DNA of 64,000 nucleotides, from positions 232,500,001 through 232,564,000 of the forward strand of contig OZ024743.1 in the NCBI GenBank assembly GCA_964016885.1, read 5' to 3'. The notes beneath the pieces are model-generated. The model was given only the letters and a program-made list of their open reading frames with translations, did no database searches and was not told the DNA's origin. Within the stretch, counting starts at the first letter, position 1; every line of letters starts with the position of its first letter. Made by a program: the position numbers and the translations under genes. Shown piece by piece: positions 25,877 to 39,250 of the stretch. Source of the stretch: Eledone cirrhosa (taxonomy: Eukaryota).

Positions 25877-26859
25877 TAAGGGAAGAAGACGCACGTGGTG
25901 GATAGAAGGACATGAAATCGCTCCCGTAAGTTTTTGATTTTTAACATATTTAAATCAATTGTGAAATAACAATTCTTAGTATAAATGATACATAAAGCAC
26001 CAGACTCAAGTCTCAGAAAAATTCGGATCCATAATATATTGTTATATCGCTCAAATATTCAATTTTGTATTATACATTTTATATTCAAAAATGAAAATGG
26101 TTATAAATGGAAGAAAACCCCCTCTGTCTACTATATAGAACAGCCAAATAACAGCAATTTCACCAACACCAGAAACTAGATACACCACCTACCCCATCAC
26201 CCCTCTGTCTACACTAAATACAACAGCCAGATAACGGCAATTTCACCTCCACCACGACCACCAATCCCAGCATAATAATAATAATTACTATTATTATTGT
26301 CTCAAGTTTTAACAAAATGTTTAATTCCAATATTAAGAAAATATGTCAACACATATATTAAACATACGCGACAAACGCATAGATACACAGATCAAACAAA
26401 ACTACAGTCTATTCAACAAAACTCAGAAACGACAAGGACATCACTATAGTCACCGCCGCCACTACTCCATCCATCATTGCTACCACTATCCCATGACCGC
26501 CACCACCACTCCTTCATTGCTACCACCACTATTCCCCCATTACCTTCTGTTAACTTAAGAAAGGGGAAGGTGGCGGTATCACTAGACAAGGGAGAGGATA
26601 GCAAAAGATATAAATAGATTGACTTAGTGACCCGGCCACCGGCCAAACGTCTACGGCTATGGCACTGCTGGCTCCCCCCTTAATAGAAAATATACCAACA
26701 ATAGAAAAAGCCCCAGCACCACCACCGACATAGCCAACAACAATAACAGGCAACTTCAGCAAAAAGTATATTATATTATTAATAATTTCATTCTTAAGCC
26801 ACGCAATGCTCACATTAAGGAATCATTCATGATAATAACAATTTAAAAAACAACAAAAA

Positions 26860-29800
26860 AGAAAACCCCGTGACCAAGAAATACCGGGATGACCGCCGAC
26901 AGGGAATAGCCGTGTCTCTAGGGGAGGACGACCCCTCTAGTCTTGGTTGACACTCGTCCTAAAAGTGGTAACACGAAATGATTACCCCTTGGCGGATAAG
27001 GATAAAACGCGACAAAATAAAGTAAATGTCTAATGATAAAATCTCATACCGGATCGGCCGTCACCCGGGTCAAAAAGGGCCGCGTCCCTCAGAGAGGAAC
27101 CAGACTGGGGTCGAAAAATCAGCTAATGGTTCAAACCTTCCCATCACTTCGGAGCTGGAGACCTCCCATAACCGGAATACTCCTACTGTTGGCCCTCCAT
27201 GCTCACCACCAAGAAATCCAAAGAAAAAGAGAGAAAAATGGTCAAGGGAAGATAATAAAGAAGTCCTTGAGGCTTTCTACACTGCCATGTACTACCCATC
27301 AAATACATCCAATACAGAACAGACATATATCAACTGGAAAAAGAAACATCCCGAAAACAGAGGCTATATTGACAGTAACAAACTAGCCAATATACGAAAA
27401 AATATTGTAAAAAAAATGTTACTAACTGATATAGGAATTGATCCGATCAAGCTATTAGCACAAAGTCAGTGAAGGGAAAATGAAACATGTGTCAGTGAAA
27501 ACGAGGTAAATTGTAACACTTCGAATACCAGGGTTGGGGCGGAATCACTGACAACAGAACAAATTAAAGAAAGGATCGAAAAAGTGGAGGGAGTGCATGC
27601 TCAAGATGAAACTCCAAATGAAAACAATGAGGTCGTAAATGGTAAAGAAATGAATGAGAATGAACGTGCCAACTTGAAGGATGAAATTATGATCGAATGG
27701 ATGAAAATGAAAGAATCTGACATGGGGCAACGAGACACCCTCCCTAAGATCCAGAACTCCAAACAGAACCAAAAGATAATACACAAGACTAACATAATTC
27801 TCAAAAACATTATCATCACAAACAAACTAAACATTACTAATTTAAATCATCTCTATTATGCATCGGCTAAATCACCACTCACTTATGTGGAGTGAAGATG
27901 AAAAAACAAAGGAATTCCCACAAGAAATCTACTTGGCAAGAGAAGATCAATCGCCAAATAAACCTTCTCCGATCTGACATACACATTTTAACAAACTATA
28001 AAGTAGGTGAACATGTTAAACAAACTAAACTTAGAAAATTGAAAAGAAAGTACAGTATAAAATCAACAAGTGACATAGACATGCTGATAGAAATAATCAA
28101 GCAAAAAGTGTCGGGCAAAGCTGCTCGTATAAGGCGCTTTGAAAAACGATCTAGATTCTATAAGGACAATAATATGTTCAAAAACAACCAAAGAAACTTC
28201 TACAGAAAAATTGGTAAGTCAACAATAACTGCTAAATCAATACCACCCAAGGAGGAAGTGCAAGAATTCTGGGAAAAGATCTGGGCCGAAGAAAAAGTTC
28301 ATAACATACATGCCCCATGGATAGACAGACATTTGAAAGATACAGCTCACCTTGAGGAACAATTATGGGAAAATATAACAGTTGAACAGTTGCGCTTGGC
28401 TCTAAGAAAAACCAGCAAATGGAAATCCCCAGTAAAAGACAAAATACAAAATTTTTTGATAAATGCCTTCACAGAGTCTCATGAGCTTTTAGCCCAACTT
28501 TACAATGAAATAGTTAAGGAGCCAGAAAAGATACCATCATGGCTAGTTAACGGCATTACATTCCTGCTTCCGAAGAATGATGAGACAAACAATCCCAACA
28601 ATTACAGACCGATAACTTGCTTGACCACAATGTATAAAATTTTAACATCAGTCCTAACTGAATACACATATGACCACCTGATAACAAATGACCTATTTTC
28701 TATTTAGCAGAAAGGGTGTAAACGAGGATCATATGGCTGGAAGGATCAGCTTTTGGTTAACAAAATGATACTGGAAGATTGTCATAATAGACACAAAAAT
28801 CTATCAATTGCTTGGATAGATTATAAAAAAGCATTCGATAGTTTGCCACAGAGTTGGATTGAAAAATCTTTAGAGATTTTCAAAATATCTCCCGTTGTCA
28901 GGAGGTTTTTGTAATTCAGTATGAAGACATGGAAAACGACACTTCTTTTGAATAGTGAAACAAAATCACTGGAAGCTGGAGAAGTTAATATTAATTGTGG
29001 AATTTTTCAGGGTGACTCTTTATCACCGCTTTTATTCTGCATCGCACTTATACCATTAAGTAAAATGCTCAATGAAACAAAACATGGATATAAAGTCTAT
29101 GACAAAACCATTAATCACTTGTTCTACATGGATGACCTGAAACTATTTGCAAAAAATGATGAACAATTGCGGGGGCTATTATCCACTGAGGAGCAGTTCA
29201 GTGATGACAGTAAAATGGAGTTTGGACTAGATAAATGCGCCAAAGCAACGTTCACCAGAGGAAAGCTGCTGAAAAGTTCAGACATTAATCTTGATCGGGG
29301 GAATGTGATAAGAGAACTTGATCAAGAGAAAACTTACACATATCTAGGTGTTTGTGAAGGAGACGGAATCAAGCACTCGAAAATGAGGGAAAGGATAAGG
29401 AAGGAATGTTACCGCAGAGTAAGAGCAATCTTAAGAACGGAATTCAATGCAAGGAATAGGATCGATGCCATAAACACGCTTGCCATACCAGTAGTAACCT
29501 ACAGTTACAATGTCATCAACTGATCAAGCACAGAGATCCGTAGGCACGATACAAAAATTCGAAAATTCTTAACCATGCACAGAATGCATCACCTTAAGGC
29601 AGATACAGATAGAATATATCTCCCTAGGAAAGAAGGAGGACGTGGGTTAATCCAGTTAGACATTGCGTTGAAAACTGCAACAATTGGATTATCTACATAT
29701 CTAAGGGAATCACATGATTGGATGATCAAACTCGTTTTGAAACACGAAAGCATCAAAAGATCATACTCCATTACAAAAGATGCACAAAGATACAGTAATG

Positions 29801-30120
29801 GACTACACATTTCAGAAGTCCCATTTACTGCTGAAATGGAAAACACAGAAAAAGCAAAGCAGGTAAAAGTAACTGCAAAGAAAGAACTGTTACATAAACT
29901 GGCTAAGAAATGGCAAGAAAAGCCTCTGTATGGAAAATACCCAGAACGAGCTAACAATCTTGATGTTGACAAAACTTTAACCCATCAGTGGTTGGCATCC
30001 TCTGGACTGAAAGCAGAGACTGAAGGACTGATTATATCAGCACAAGATCAGTCTGCCAACAAAAAATTACCAAGCCTACATAATAAAAAAATGGATGCAG
30101 CCCATTATGCCAGGACAAAT
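26860..30120 (+). mobile_element. Dong/R4-clade non-LTR retrotransposon, family 2, decayed, 3' end replaced by a family 1 fragment
   Basis: Broken ORF 27026-30110 with [44 protein letters not shown]. Confidence 0.85.
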
Positions 30121-30122
30121 TA

Positions 30123-32505
30123 GGCGGAACAAACTAAAACATTCTGGAGAGGAATATCGGAGCAGGATGTTAAACATAATGACCAGGCAGTGTGGATTGA
30201 GACAGTACAGCTGGAGATTAGTGAACAGGCACACCAACAAACTGACTTGAGTATCACAGTTGAAACTCTTAAGGGGCAAGCCAAAAACTAACCAACTGGA
30301 AATCACCAGGCCCAGATGGTGTGCAGGGGTATTGGATTAAAAATATAACATCCCTCCACCCGAAACTGACAACCATGTTCAATGACTGCTTGATGTCAGG
30401 TGAGGTACCAGAGTGGTTGACAAAAGGTACCACAGTTGTGGTAATGAAAGACAGAATCAAGGGTAATGATGTTACCAACTATAGACCTATCACATGTCTG
30501 TCCGTAATGTGGAAACTGTTGACAAGCATTATGTCTGAGGAAATCTACCATCACCTCCACGCAAACAACTTGTTACCGGACGAACAGAAAGGATGCCGAA
30601 AGGTGTCCCCCTGGTACAAAGGACCAGTTACTTATTGATAAGATGGTAATGAGGAATTGCAAGAGGAGACACACTGGTCTTGCCATGGGATGGATAGACT
30701 ACAAAAAGGCATTTGACATGGTGCCTCATTCTTGGATCACCAAAAGCCTAGAGATCTTCAAGGTGGCAGATAATATCAGACAGTTGTTGAGCAAAAGTAT
30801 GAAGTCCTGGAAAACAGAGTTAACATCAGCTGGAGAATCCTTGGGAGGCGTGAAGATCAAGAGCGGTATCTTCCAGGGAGATAGTCTGTCTCTTCTGTTG
30901 TTTGTCGTTGCCCTGATGCCCCTGGCTATTATACTGCGCAAAGTGAGAGCAGGATACATTTGGGAAAGGGAGAGCTTACCATCAATCACCTCCTCTTCAT
31001 GGACGATCTTAAGCTCTTCGGGAAGAGTGAGAAGGAGGTGGATGTACTTGTTGACACTGTCTGTATTTTCAGCAATGATATATGTATGCAATTTGGTATT
31101 AGTAAGTGTGGAGTCATTGTGATGAAGAGGGATAAATTGAGCAGAAGCAACGGAATCCAGGTACCAACAGGTGAGATGATAAAGGAAATTGACACTGAAG
31201 AAGGATACAAGTATTTGGGTGTTCTGGAGGCTGATGATATCAGGAACAAAAAAAATGAATGAATTGATAAGAACTGAATACATTCGGAGAATAAGGAGCG
31301 TATTAAAGTCACACATCTGAACAGTAGGAATGCCATAAGGTCAGTAAATTCCCGAGCTGTGTCTATTATTAGGTACAGTGCGGGAATTCTGAGATGGAAT
31401 GTTGCTGAACAAAAAGAAATGGATAGGAAGACTAGAAAGCTATTGACTATCTACAACATGTTCCACAAGAGGAGTGATGTCGATAGACTCTGCTTAAGGA
31501 GATCTGAAGGTGGAAGAGGTCTTATCAGCATAGAGGACTGTGTTCAGATGGAGAAAAACAACCTACACAAATACGTGACTGATAGTAAGGAGCCAATGCT
31601 CAGAACTGTACTGAAGGAGAGGACAATAGACCAGGGGATGTCCAAGGAGGAAATAGCAACAAGGAGAAAGAGCAGCCTTCAGGAAAAATCCCTTCATAGT
31701 ACCTTCTTTGAGAGAAAACTGAATTCAGAGATCCACAGACATGGAACTGGTTGAAAAGAGGAGACCTTAAAAAGGCTACAGAAGGAATGTTAATGGCTGC
31801 GCAAGAGCAGGCCCTCAAAACGAAGTGGTTGAAACAACATATTTACAAGGAGGAGGCTAGCCCACTCTGCAGGATCTGTGGAGAGAGAGAGGAGACTGTG
31901 GCTCACATTGTATCCGAGTATAAACACCTAGCCCAGACTCACTATAAGGGCTGGAGACATGATGTGATGGGCAGGGTGATCCACTGCCACCTATGCAAAG
32001 TAAACAATTTACCACATCCTGAGAAGTGGTATGAGCATAAGCCAGAGTGGGTGATAGAAAACGATCAGGTGAAGGTGCTGTGGGATTTTAGGATACAAGA
32101 AACTGGAACACAATAGACCTGACCTGGTGGTTTTGGACAAAGAAAAAAGATCATGCCTGATTGTGAATGTGGCCTGCCCATTCGACACGAGAGTGCAAGA
32201 GAAGGAGAGACAGAAAATTAACCGATACAAGGACTTAAAGTGGGAGGTAAAAAGGATTTAAAACTGCCATGAAGTCAAAGTAGTCCCGATTGCCATAGGC
32301 ACACTAGGTACTATCTCATAAAGTTTCCAGGGATGGTTAAAGAAAATTGGCCCGCCCCGCCTTTTGGAACACTTCAAAAGGCATGCTTGCTGGGAACAGC
32401 AAGAACCCTCCGATACGTCCTGAATATCTGAGGCTGCAGGTAATGGCTTGATATTCATTTCAACGAACTTTCCAGTTAACTAACATCAATGAGTGAGACT
32501 CAAAG
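30123..32505 (+). mobile_element. Dong/R4-clade element family 1, 5'-truncated, frameshifted
   Basis: Highly similar to 36556-38945. 3' UTR ends in (AAT)n. Confidence 0.9.
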
Positions 32506-32517
32506 AATAATAATAAT

Positions 32518-35301
32518 GATTTCTTTATTAACCACAAGGGTTTACATAAAGTAGACATTAAGGACAGTGCAGGACAATACAGTACGGTACAAATGGGCAT
32601 TTCTACGTGTAAAAAACAAAAACAGAGGATGTAAGAAAAAATAACAATGAAAAATTCCCCAATAGGGGGAGACTTCCGAGGGACATTTGTGGAGAAAGCC
32701 CAGGAAAAGGCCACAGTGAACCTGACCACCAAGGCGAGTGCCCTCTCCCAGTTTTCCACCTTTAATTTACAGATATATACTCAGAGTAGGCCCATTCACT
32801 CGGGCCATTCTTGCTTCTCTCACCCATCTTTCAACAAAATGCTGGGAAGAGAGCACTTCCCTCTCTACTCTGATTTTCCTCTTCTAATGAAATTTGAAAA
32901 AGTCAATCAGGGCATCACCGAAGAGGTAAGTGCTCGTCTTCAGCCCTTTCAAACGTGTCCACCATACTATCTCTTTCGCCATGGCCACCAGACAGATAAA
33001 AACTGCCTGCCCTTCCCGGCTAAAGGAGGAGGGTGGGGCAATCCTCACGATGGACTCAGATGATAGCCGGATCCGTCCTACACGTGACAGCAGGTGTTCG
33101 ACATAAACCCACAAGTCAGCAATTTTCGGACACTGGACGAGTGCGTGCAGGACGGTTTCGTCGCCCTGCGCGCATCTCGGACATGCCCGGCTGACGGCAC
33201 CTTCATGCCTGTAGAGTTTATCCCGAATTGGCAAGGCTCCTCGGTAGCACTGCCAGGCCAGAGATTTCTGGAAGTTGTCCATAGGCCCTGGCGCGAAAGT
33301 TCTTCCGAAGAGATTGGCTAGTTGATTTTCGTCGACGCCTAGAGTTTCCCCAAGTACGTCGTCGCTCTTCCCCTCCACTAATCCTCTATAAAACGCCGAG
33401 GTGGAGTTTCCACCGATCACATTGCCCGATTGGTCGAGGGCTGTGTGCGCCTGAAGACATTCCAGTCTCTAGGCACTCCCTCTCGGTTTTCGCTTGACCC
33501 AGGACTGCAGCTCCGTCAAGGAAACGAGCTGGGGACATACGTGTCTAGCAAACTGCGACCACACCTGATCACCGTCGAGGAAGAGGTGGAGATGTCGTAG
33601 CCTGAGCGCGTGCCTGCACATCATCAGCCACGGCATGCCCAGCCCTCCACGTAGCTGGTTTGGTTTCTTTTTTTTTCCGGATATCGTTTCCCACTCCTCG
33701 TCGTCACAATCTGTCTCCAGTTGTGAAAGGCCGGGGAGTGGAAAATCCTCCACAGGCGTTAGTTTTGGTTGTGGCGTGGTGGATGGTGTAGGCGCTGGTG
33801 CTAGTTCTGAAGCGTTGGGTGGTGGTGGTGTTGGTTTTGCTGGTGGTGGTGGTGGTGGTGGTTTTGCTACTGTTGCTGGGGTTGTTGCTGTTATAGTTGC
33901 TTCTGTTGTTGCTGCCATCTCTGCTACTGGTGGTGTTGATGGTTGTGTCACTGGGGTGGGTAGGAGAGGTGGCCTCAACCTTTTAGCCTGAGGGCAGAAA
34001 GCCCTTAGGTGGATTCCTTCACCACAAACGACACACCTAGGTCTTCTGCCCTCGACAATTACTGTGAGGTGGCTGCCGTCAGTGAGGTCTATTACCTCTA
34101 GGATCTCCTCAATGCTTTTTTGGTCCGCTTGGATCAGGAGCTCCATCCCAGATCCGGACCAGTTCTCCTGCTTTTCTTTTGCTATTGCTATTATTTTTGT
34201 GTTGGCTTCGATGCCGGCGAGGACGGCCGCTATTAGCCAGGGAATTTCGATGGCCGGTGGAACGTGGGTCACCCTGATCTTTACGAGTCTCTGGCCACAA
34301 TAGCTTGGGACGAGTGTGAAGTCGTCACTTCTTAATGGGGCCATGGAGTGTTCTCTAGCCTCCTCTGGTGTTTCAAAGAACACATTCACGGTTCCATACT
34401 TCTACCCACATCTGATGTGGTTTTATCTTGCCCACACATGTCCCAAAGCTTTTTGGATTTGGGACTCGGATGCCCGTTCCACTCGGCGCGATTTTACATG
34501 TATTGTTCGATACGACACGGTGCATAGGCGCCGATGCTCCATTTTATTAGGTGGGGGGGGGGGGTGAGGCTGACCCTGTACCCATCTTTCTTTACCATTT
34601 GTTTGGCATTTTCTAAATCCTCCTGAGTTACCGTAAATGCTTCGAACTGTTTTGCTACTCTGGCAAAACTGAGGGTCGTTTTTATAATGTCATTGTTGTT
34701 GTTGTTGCTATCGTTATTTGTGTTAATATTAATTTTAGTTTCAGTTGTGGTGGTGGTGACGTCAGTCGTCTTTGGTGGGGAAGAGTCCATTTTGCTTCAT
34801 TTCATTTCGACATCACGAGTTAATTTATTTTTTTCTTCTTTTGTTTCTGTTGTCGCGGTGGCGGTGGGGGTGGTGGTTGTCGCGGTGGTGGTGGTGGTGG
34901 AGGCTTTAACACCTGCAGTCATTGGTAATGGTGGGAAATGAATGTCTGCCTGAGACAAATTTAAAATATTGCTAGTGCTTATATTTTTTTTAGTTTTGGC
35001 AAACGTAGTAACATTTACAATGGTGGTGTCGGTGTGAGGTGTTAATTTGTGAGAAAGGCTTTCAGCTGCTTGGTGCAGAGGTGAATTAGCCATTTCTTTT
35101 CAAAGAAATTTTTTGATAATAATAAAAGTTAAAATTTTGGGCACAAGACCCCAATCTTTTTGGGTGTCCTTTTCGGAAAACAATGTATGTGCGCTTATAA
35201 ACAGTTAACAATAAAATTTTCCATAAATGACAATTTTTAACAAACGGAAATAACAAACCTTTGCGGACCTCACGATGATACGATTTACTACGTAGGTCGC
35301 C
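32518..35301 (-). mobile_element. Tx1-clade LINE with a ~3.1-kb internal deletion (non-autonomous)
   Basis: 5' part matches 43258-44902 and 3' part matches 39007-40138. Junction near 33656. Flanked by (AAT)n. Confidence 0.9.

Positions 35302-35398
<97 letters not shown>
35302..35398. repeat. (AAT)n microsatellite, shared target between Tx1 and Dong
   Basis: About 32 perfect AAT units. Confidence 0.95.
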
Positions 35399-38300
35399 TG
35401 GATATGTAACCATACATTCGCCATCCTCGATAAGAGTGTTTAAATATCGAACATAAACAGTTCGAATAACGGTGAAATGGAGACTAGAACGTCATGTGAC
35501 AGACTCTCACCCAACAGGTGCCCCCTGGCTCAGCAGCAGGAACCTCACTGTCAACCAAATACTGCTGATGTTGGAGGAAGAAGAAGAAGGAAAGGGGCCA
35601 GAACCAACTGGACGAAAGAATTGAATAGAACTGTTATGCAATGTTACCTGAAAAGTAACCCCAAGGAGAGGGGCTACAGGAGACGGATGCATAACATCTG
35701 GAACGAGATTGGTCTATTTAAATTAGATGAACAAAAATTGGCCGGGCAGGCTCGGGTAATAAGAACTAATGGGTGGATAAGCGAGCTGGAACTGGAGGAA
35801 CTGAGCAGAGAGAATGGCTTGGAGATGGCGGGTGTAGTATGCCAGACAAGCGAGCCAGTGGGAAATGAAGGTGAAGAGGTCCTGAGAACGGAGGAACAAC
35901 CCGAAGCAGACAATGATCTGAATACTGAGATAAATAATACCTGGAACAGAGATACGGCCACTGAGGAGATGAATGCTGGCGGGCTAGGACAAGATTCGGT
36001 TGACATCCTAAATTTAGTGGTAGATGAATTGAACAATGATAGTGGGAGACCTATGAACCTAAGATTTGTAGACAGGAAAAAGTTAAAAGAAACAACAGCT
36101 AAGGTAAACAAAGTCATCCCATACCTTGAGGCGAGGAGCCTTCACCAGTGCAACAATATCCTCAAAGCAACAGCAAATACGGTGAGGAAACTACTTGGTA
36201 TAAAAGCGAGAGGAAACAACAGACAAGAAAGAGCAGAGCCGTGGTGGAAGAAACGACTGAGTGGTCAAATCGGGGAAATGAGAAATGACATAGGAAAGCT
36301 TGAGTCACTACTGAATGGGACACTAAAAAACATAGGCACTAAAAATAGACTGGAAATAAAGTACAAAACTAGGAGGAAAAAGCTAAATATTATCATAGAG
36401 GAATTGAAGCAACGCATTGTAGCAAAGAGTGCAAAAATCAGGCGATACGAGAACAGAGTCAGTCAGTATAAACAGAACCGCATGTTCGACAACAACCAGA
36501 AGATGCTGTTTGGACAGCTTGAGGGGAAAGAAAGAGGCAACGACTTGATCCCTGGGGCGGAGCAAACTAAAACATTCTGGAGAGGAGTATGGGAGCAGGA
36601 TGTTAGACATAATGTCCAGGCAGGGTGGATTGAGACAGTACAGAGGGAGATCGGTGAGCAGGCACACCAACAAACTGATTTGAGTATCACAGTTGAAACT
36701 CTTAAGGGGCAGGCCAAAAAACTAACCAACTGGAAATCACCAGGCCCAGATGGTGTGCAGGGGTATTGGATTAAAAATTTAACATCCCTCCACCCGAAGC
36801 TGACGGCCATGTTCAATGACTGCTTGGTGTCGGGTGAGGTGCCAGAGTGGTTGACAAAAGGTACCACAGTTCTGATAATGAAAGACCGAATCAAGGGTAA
36901 TGATGTTACCAACTATAGACCTATCACATGTCTGTCCGTAATGTGGAAACTGTTGACGAGCATTGTGTCTGAGGAAATCTACCATCACCTCCATACAAAC
37001 AACTTGTTACCGGACGAACAGAAAGGATGCCGAAAGAAGTCACGTGGTACAAAGGACCAGTTACTTATTGATAAGATGGTAATGGGGAATTGCAGGAGGA
37101 GACACACTGATCTTGCCATGGGATGGATAGACTACAGAAAGGCATTTGACATGGTGCCTCATTCTTGGATCACCAAAAGCCTGGAGATCTTCAGGGTGGC
37201 AGATAACATCAGACAGTTGCTGGGCAGGAGTATGGGGTCCTGGGAGACAGAGTTGACATCAACTGGAGTATCCTTGGGAAGCGTGAAGATCAAGAGAGGT
37301 ATCTTCCAGGGAGATAGCCTGTCCCCTCTGTTGTTTGTCCTTGACCTGATGCCCTTGACCATTATGCTGCGAAAAGTGAGAGCAGGATACAAGTTGGGAA
37401 AGGGAGAGCTTACCATCAATCACCTCCTCTTCATGGACGATCTTAAGCTCTTCGGGAAAAGTGAGAAGGAGTTGGATGTGCTTGTTGACACTGTCCGTAT
37501 TTTCAGCAGTGATATATGTATGCAGTTTGGTATTAGTAAATGTGGAGTCATTGTGATGAGGAGGGGTAGGTTGAGCAGAAGTAACGGGATCCAGATACCA
37601 ACAGGTGAGATGATAAAGGAAATTGACTCTGAGGAAGGATACAAGTATTTGGGCGTTCTGGAGGCTGATGGCATAAAGAACAAAAAAATGAAGGAATTGT
37701 TAAGAACTGAATACATTCGGAGAGTAAGGAGTGTATTGAAGTCACATCTGAACAGCAGAAATGCCATAAGCGCAGTAAATTCCCGAGCTGTGTCTATTAT
37801 TAGGTACAGTGCGGGAATTCTGAGATGGAATGTTGCTGAACAAAAAGAAATGGATAGGAAGACTAGGAAGCTATTGACTATCTACAACATGTTCCACAAG
37901 AGGAGTGATGTCGATAGACTCTACCTAAGGAGATCTGAGGGTGGAAGATGTCTTATCAGCATAGAGGACTGTGTTCAGATGGAGAAAAACAACCTATACA
38001 AATACGTGACCTATAGTAAGGAGCCAATGCTCAGAACTGTACTGAAGGAGGGGACAGTAGGCCAGGGGATGTCCAAGGAGGAAATAACATCAAGGAGGAA
38101 GAGCAGCCTTAAGGGAAAATCCCTTCATAGTACCTTCTTTGAGAAAACTGAATTTAGAGATCCACAGACAAGGAACTGGTTGAGAAGAGGAGACCTCAAA
38201 AAGGCTACAGAAGGAATGCTAATGGCTGCGCAGGAGCAGGCCCTCAGAACGAAGTGGTTGAAGCACCATATTTACAAGGAGGAGGCTAGCCCACTGTGCA

Positions 38301-38944
38301 GGATCTGTGGAGAGAGAGAGGAGACTGTGGCTCACATTGTGTCCGAGTGTAAACACCTAGCCCAGACCCACTATAAGGGCTGGAGACACGATGTGATGGG
38401 CAGGGTGATCCACTGGCACCTGTGCAAAGTAAACAATTTACCACATTCTGAGAAATGGTATGAGCATAGACCAGAGGCGGTGATGGAGAACAATCAGGTG
38501 AAGGTGCTGTGGGATTTTAGGATACAGACGGACAAAAAACTGGAACACAATAGACCTGACCTGGTGGTTGTGGACAAAGAAAAAAGATCGTGTCTGATTG
38601 TGGATGTGGCCTGCCCGTTCGACACGAGAGTGCAAGAGAAGGAGAGGGAGAAAATTAACCGATACCAGGACCTAAAGTGGGAGGTGAAAAGGATTTGGAA
38701 CTGCCATGAAGTCAAAGTGATGCCGATTGTCATAGGCGCACTGGGGACTATCTCCAAAGGTTTCCAGGGATGGTTAAAGAAAATCGGCCCCTTCACGCTT
38801 TTTGGAACGCTTCAAAAGGCATGCTTGCTTGGAACAGCAAGAACCCTCCGATACGTCCTGAATATCTGAGGCTGCAGGTAGTGGCTTGATATTCAATCCA
38901 ACGGACTTTCCAGTTAACCAACATCAATGACTGAGATTCAAGGA
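35399..38944 (+). mobile_element. Full-length Dong/R4-clade RLE retrotransposon inserted in (TAA)n
   Basis: Single intact ORF, short UTRs, (AAT)n on both sides. Confidence 0.92.
35477..38869 (+). CDS. Reverse transcriptase with CCHC knuckle and restriction-like endonuclease (1130 aa)
   Basis: [58 protein letters not shown]...IVDVACP...EKINRY. Confidence 0.95.
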   Translation: METRTSCDRLSPNRCPLAQQQEPHCQPNTADVGGRRRRKGARTNWTKELNRTVMQCYLKSNPKERGYRRRMHNIWNEIGLFKLDEQKLAGQARVIRTNGWISELELEELSRENGLEMAGVVCQTSEPVGNEGEEVLRTEEQPEADNDLNTEINNTWNRDTATEEMNAGGLGQDSVDILNLVVDELNNDSGRPMNLRFVDRKKLKETTAKVNKVIPYLEARSLHQCNNILKATANTVRKLLGIKARGNNRQERAEPWWKKRLSGQIGEMRNDIGKLESLLNGTLKNIGTKNRLEIKYKTRRKKLNIIIEELKQRIVAKSAKIRRYENRVSQYKQNRMFDNNQKMLFGQLEGKERGNDLIPGAEQTKTFWRGVWEQDVRHNVQAGWIETVQREIGEQAHQQTDLSITVETLKGQAKKLTNWKSPGPDGVQGYWIKNLTSLHPKLTAMFNDCLVSGEVPEWLTKGTTVLIMKDRIKGNDVTNYRPITCLSVMWKLLTSIVSEEIYHHLHTNNLLPDEQKGCRKKSRGTKDQLLIDKMVMGNCRRRHTDLAMGWIDYRKAFDMVPHSWITKSLEIFRVADNIRQLLGRSMGSWETELTSTGVSLGSVKIKRGIFQGDSLSPLLFVLDLMPLTIMLRKVRAGYKLGKGELTINHLLFMDDLKLFGKSEKELDVLVDTVRIFSSDICMQFGISKCGVIVMRRGRLSRSNGIQIPTGEMIKEIDSEEGYKYLGVLEADGIKNKKMKELLRTEYIRRVRSVLKSHLNSRNAISAVNSRAVSIIRYSAGILRWNVAEQKEMDRKTRKLLTIYNMFHKRSDVDRLYLRRSEGGRCLISIEDCVQMEKNNLYKYVTYSKEPMLRTVLKEGTVGQGMSKEEITSRRKSSLKGKSLHSTFFEKTEFRDPQTRNWLRRGDLKKATEGMLMAAQEQALRTKWLKHHIYKEEASPLCRICGEREETVAHIVSECKHLAQTHYKGWRHDVMGRVIHWHLCKVNNLPHSEKWYEHRPEAVMENNQVKVLWDFRIQTDKKLEHNRPDLVVVDKEKRSCLIVDVACPFDTRVQEKEREKINRYQDLKWEVKRIWNCHEVKVMPIVIGALGTISKGFQGWLKKIGPFTLFGTLQKACLLGTARTLRYVLNI

Positions 38945-38955
38945 ATAACAATAAC

Positions 38956-39007
<52 letters not shown>

Positions 39008-39250
39008 TTTTCTTTATTAACCACAAGGGTTCACATAAAGTAGACATTAAGGACAGTACAGGACAATACAGGACGGTACAAATGGGCATTTCTGCGTGTA
39101 AAACAAACAGAGGTTGAAATAAAATAACAAAGAAAAATTCCCCAATAGGGGGGAGACTTCCAAGGGACATTTGTGGAGAAAGCCCATTAAAAGACCACAG
39201 TGGCCCTGACCACCAGGGCAAGTGCCCTCTCCCAGTTTTCCACCTTTAAT

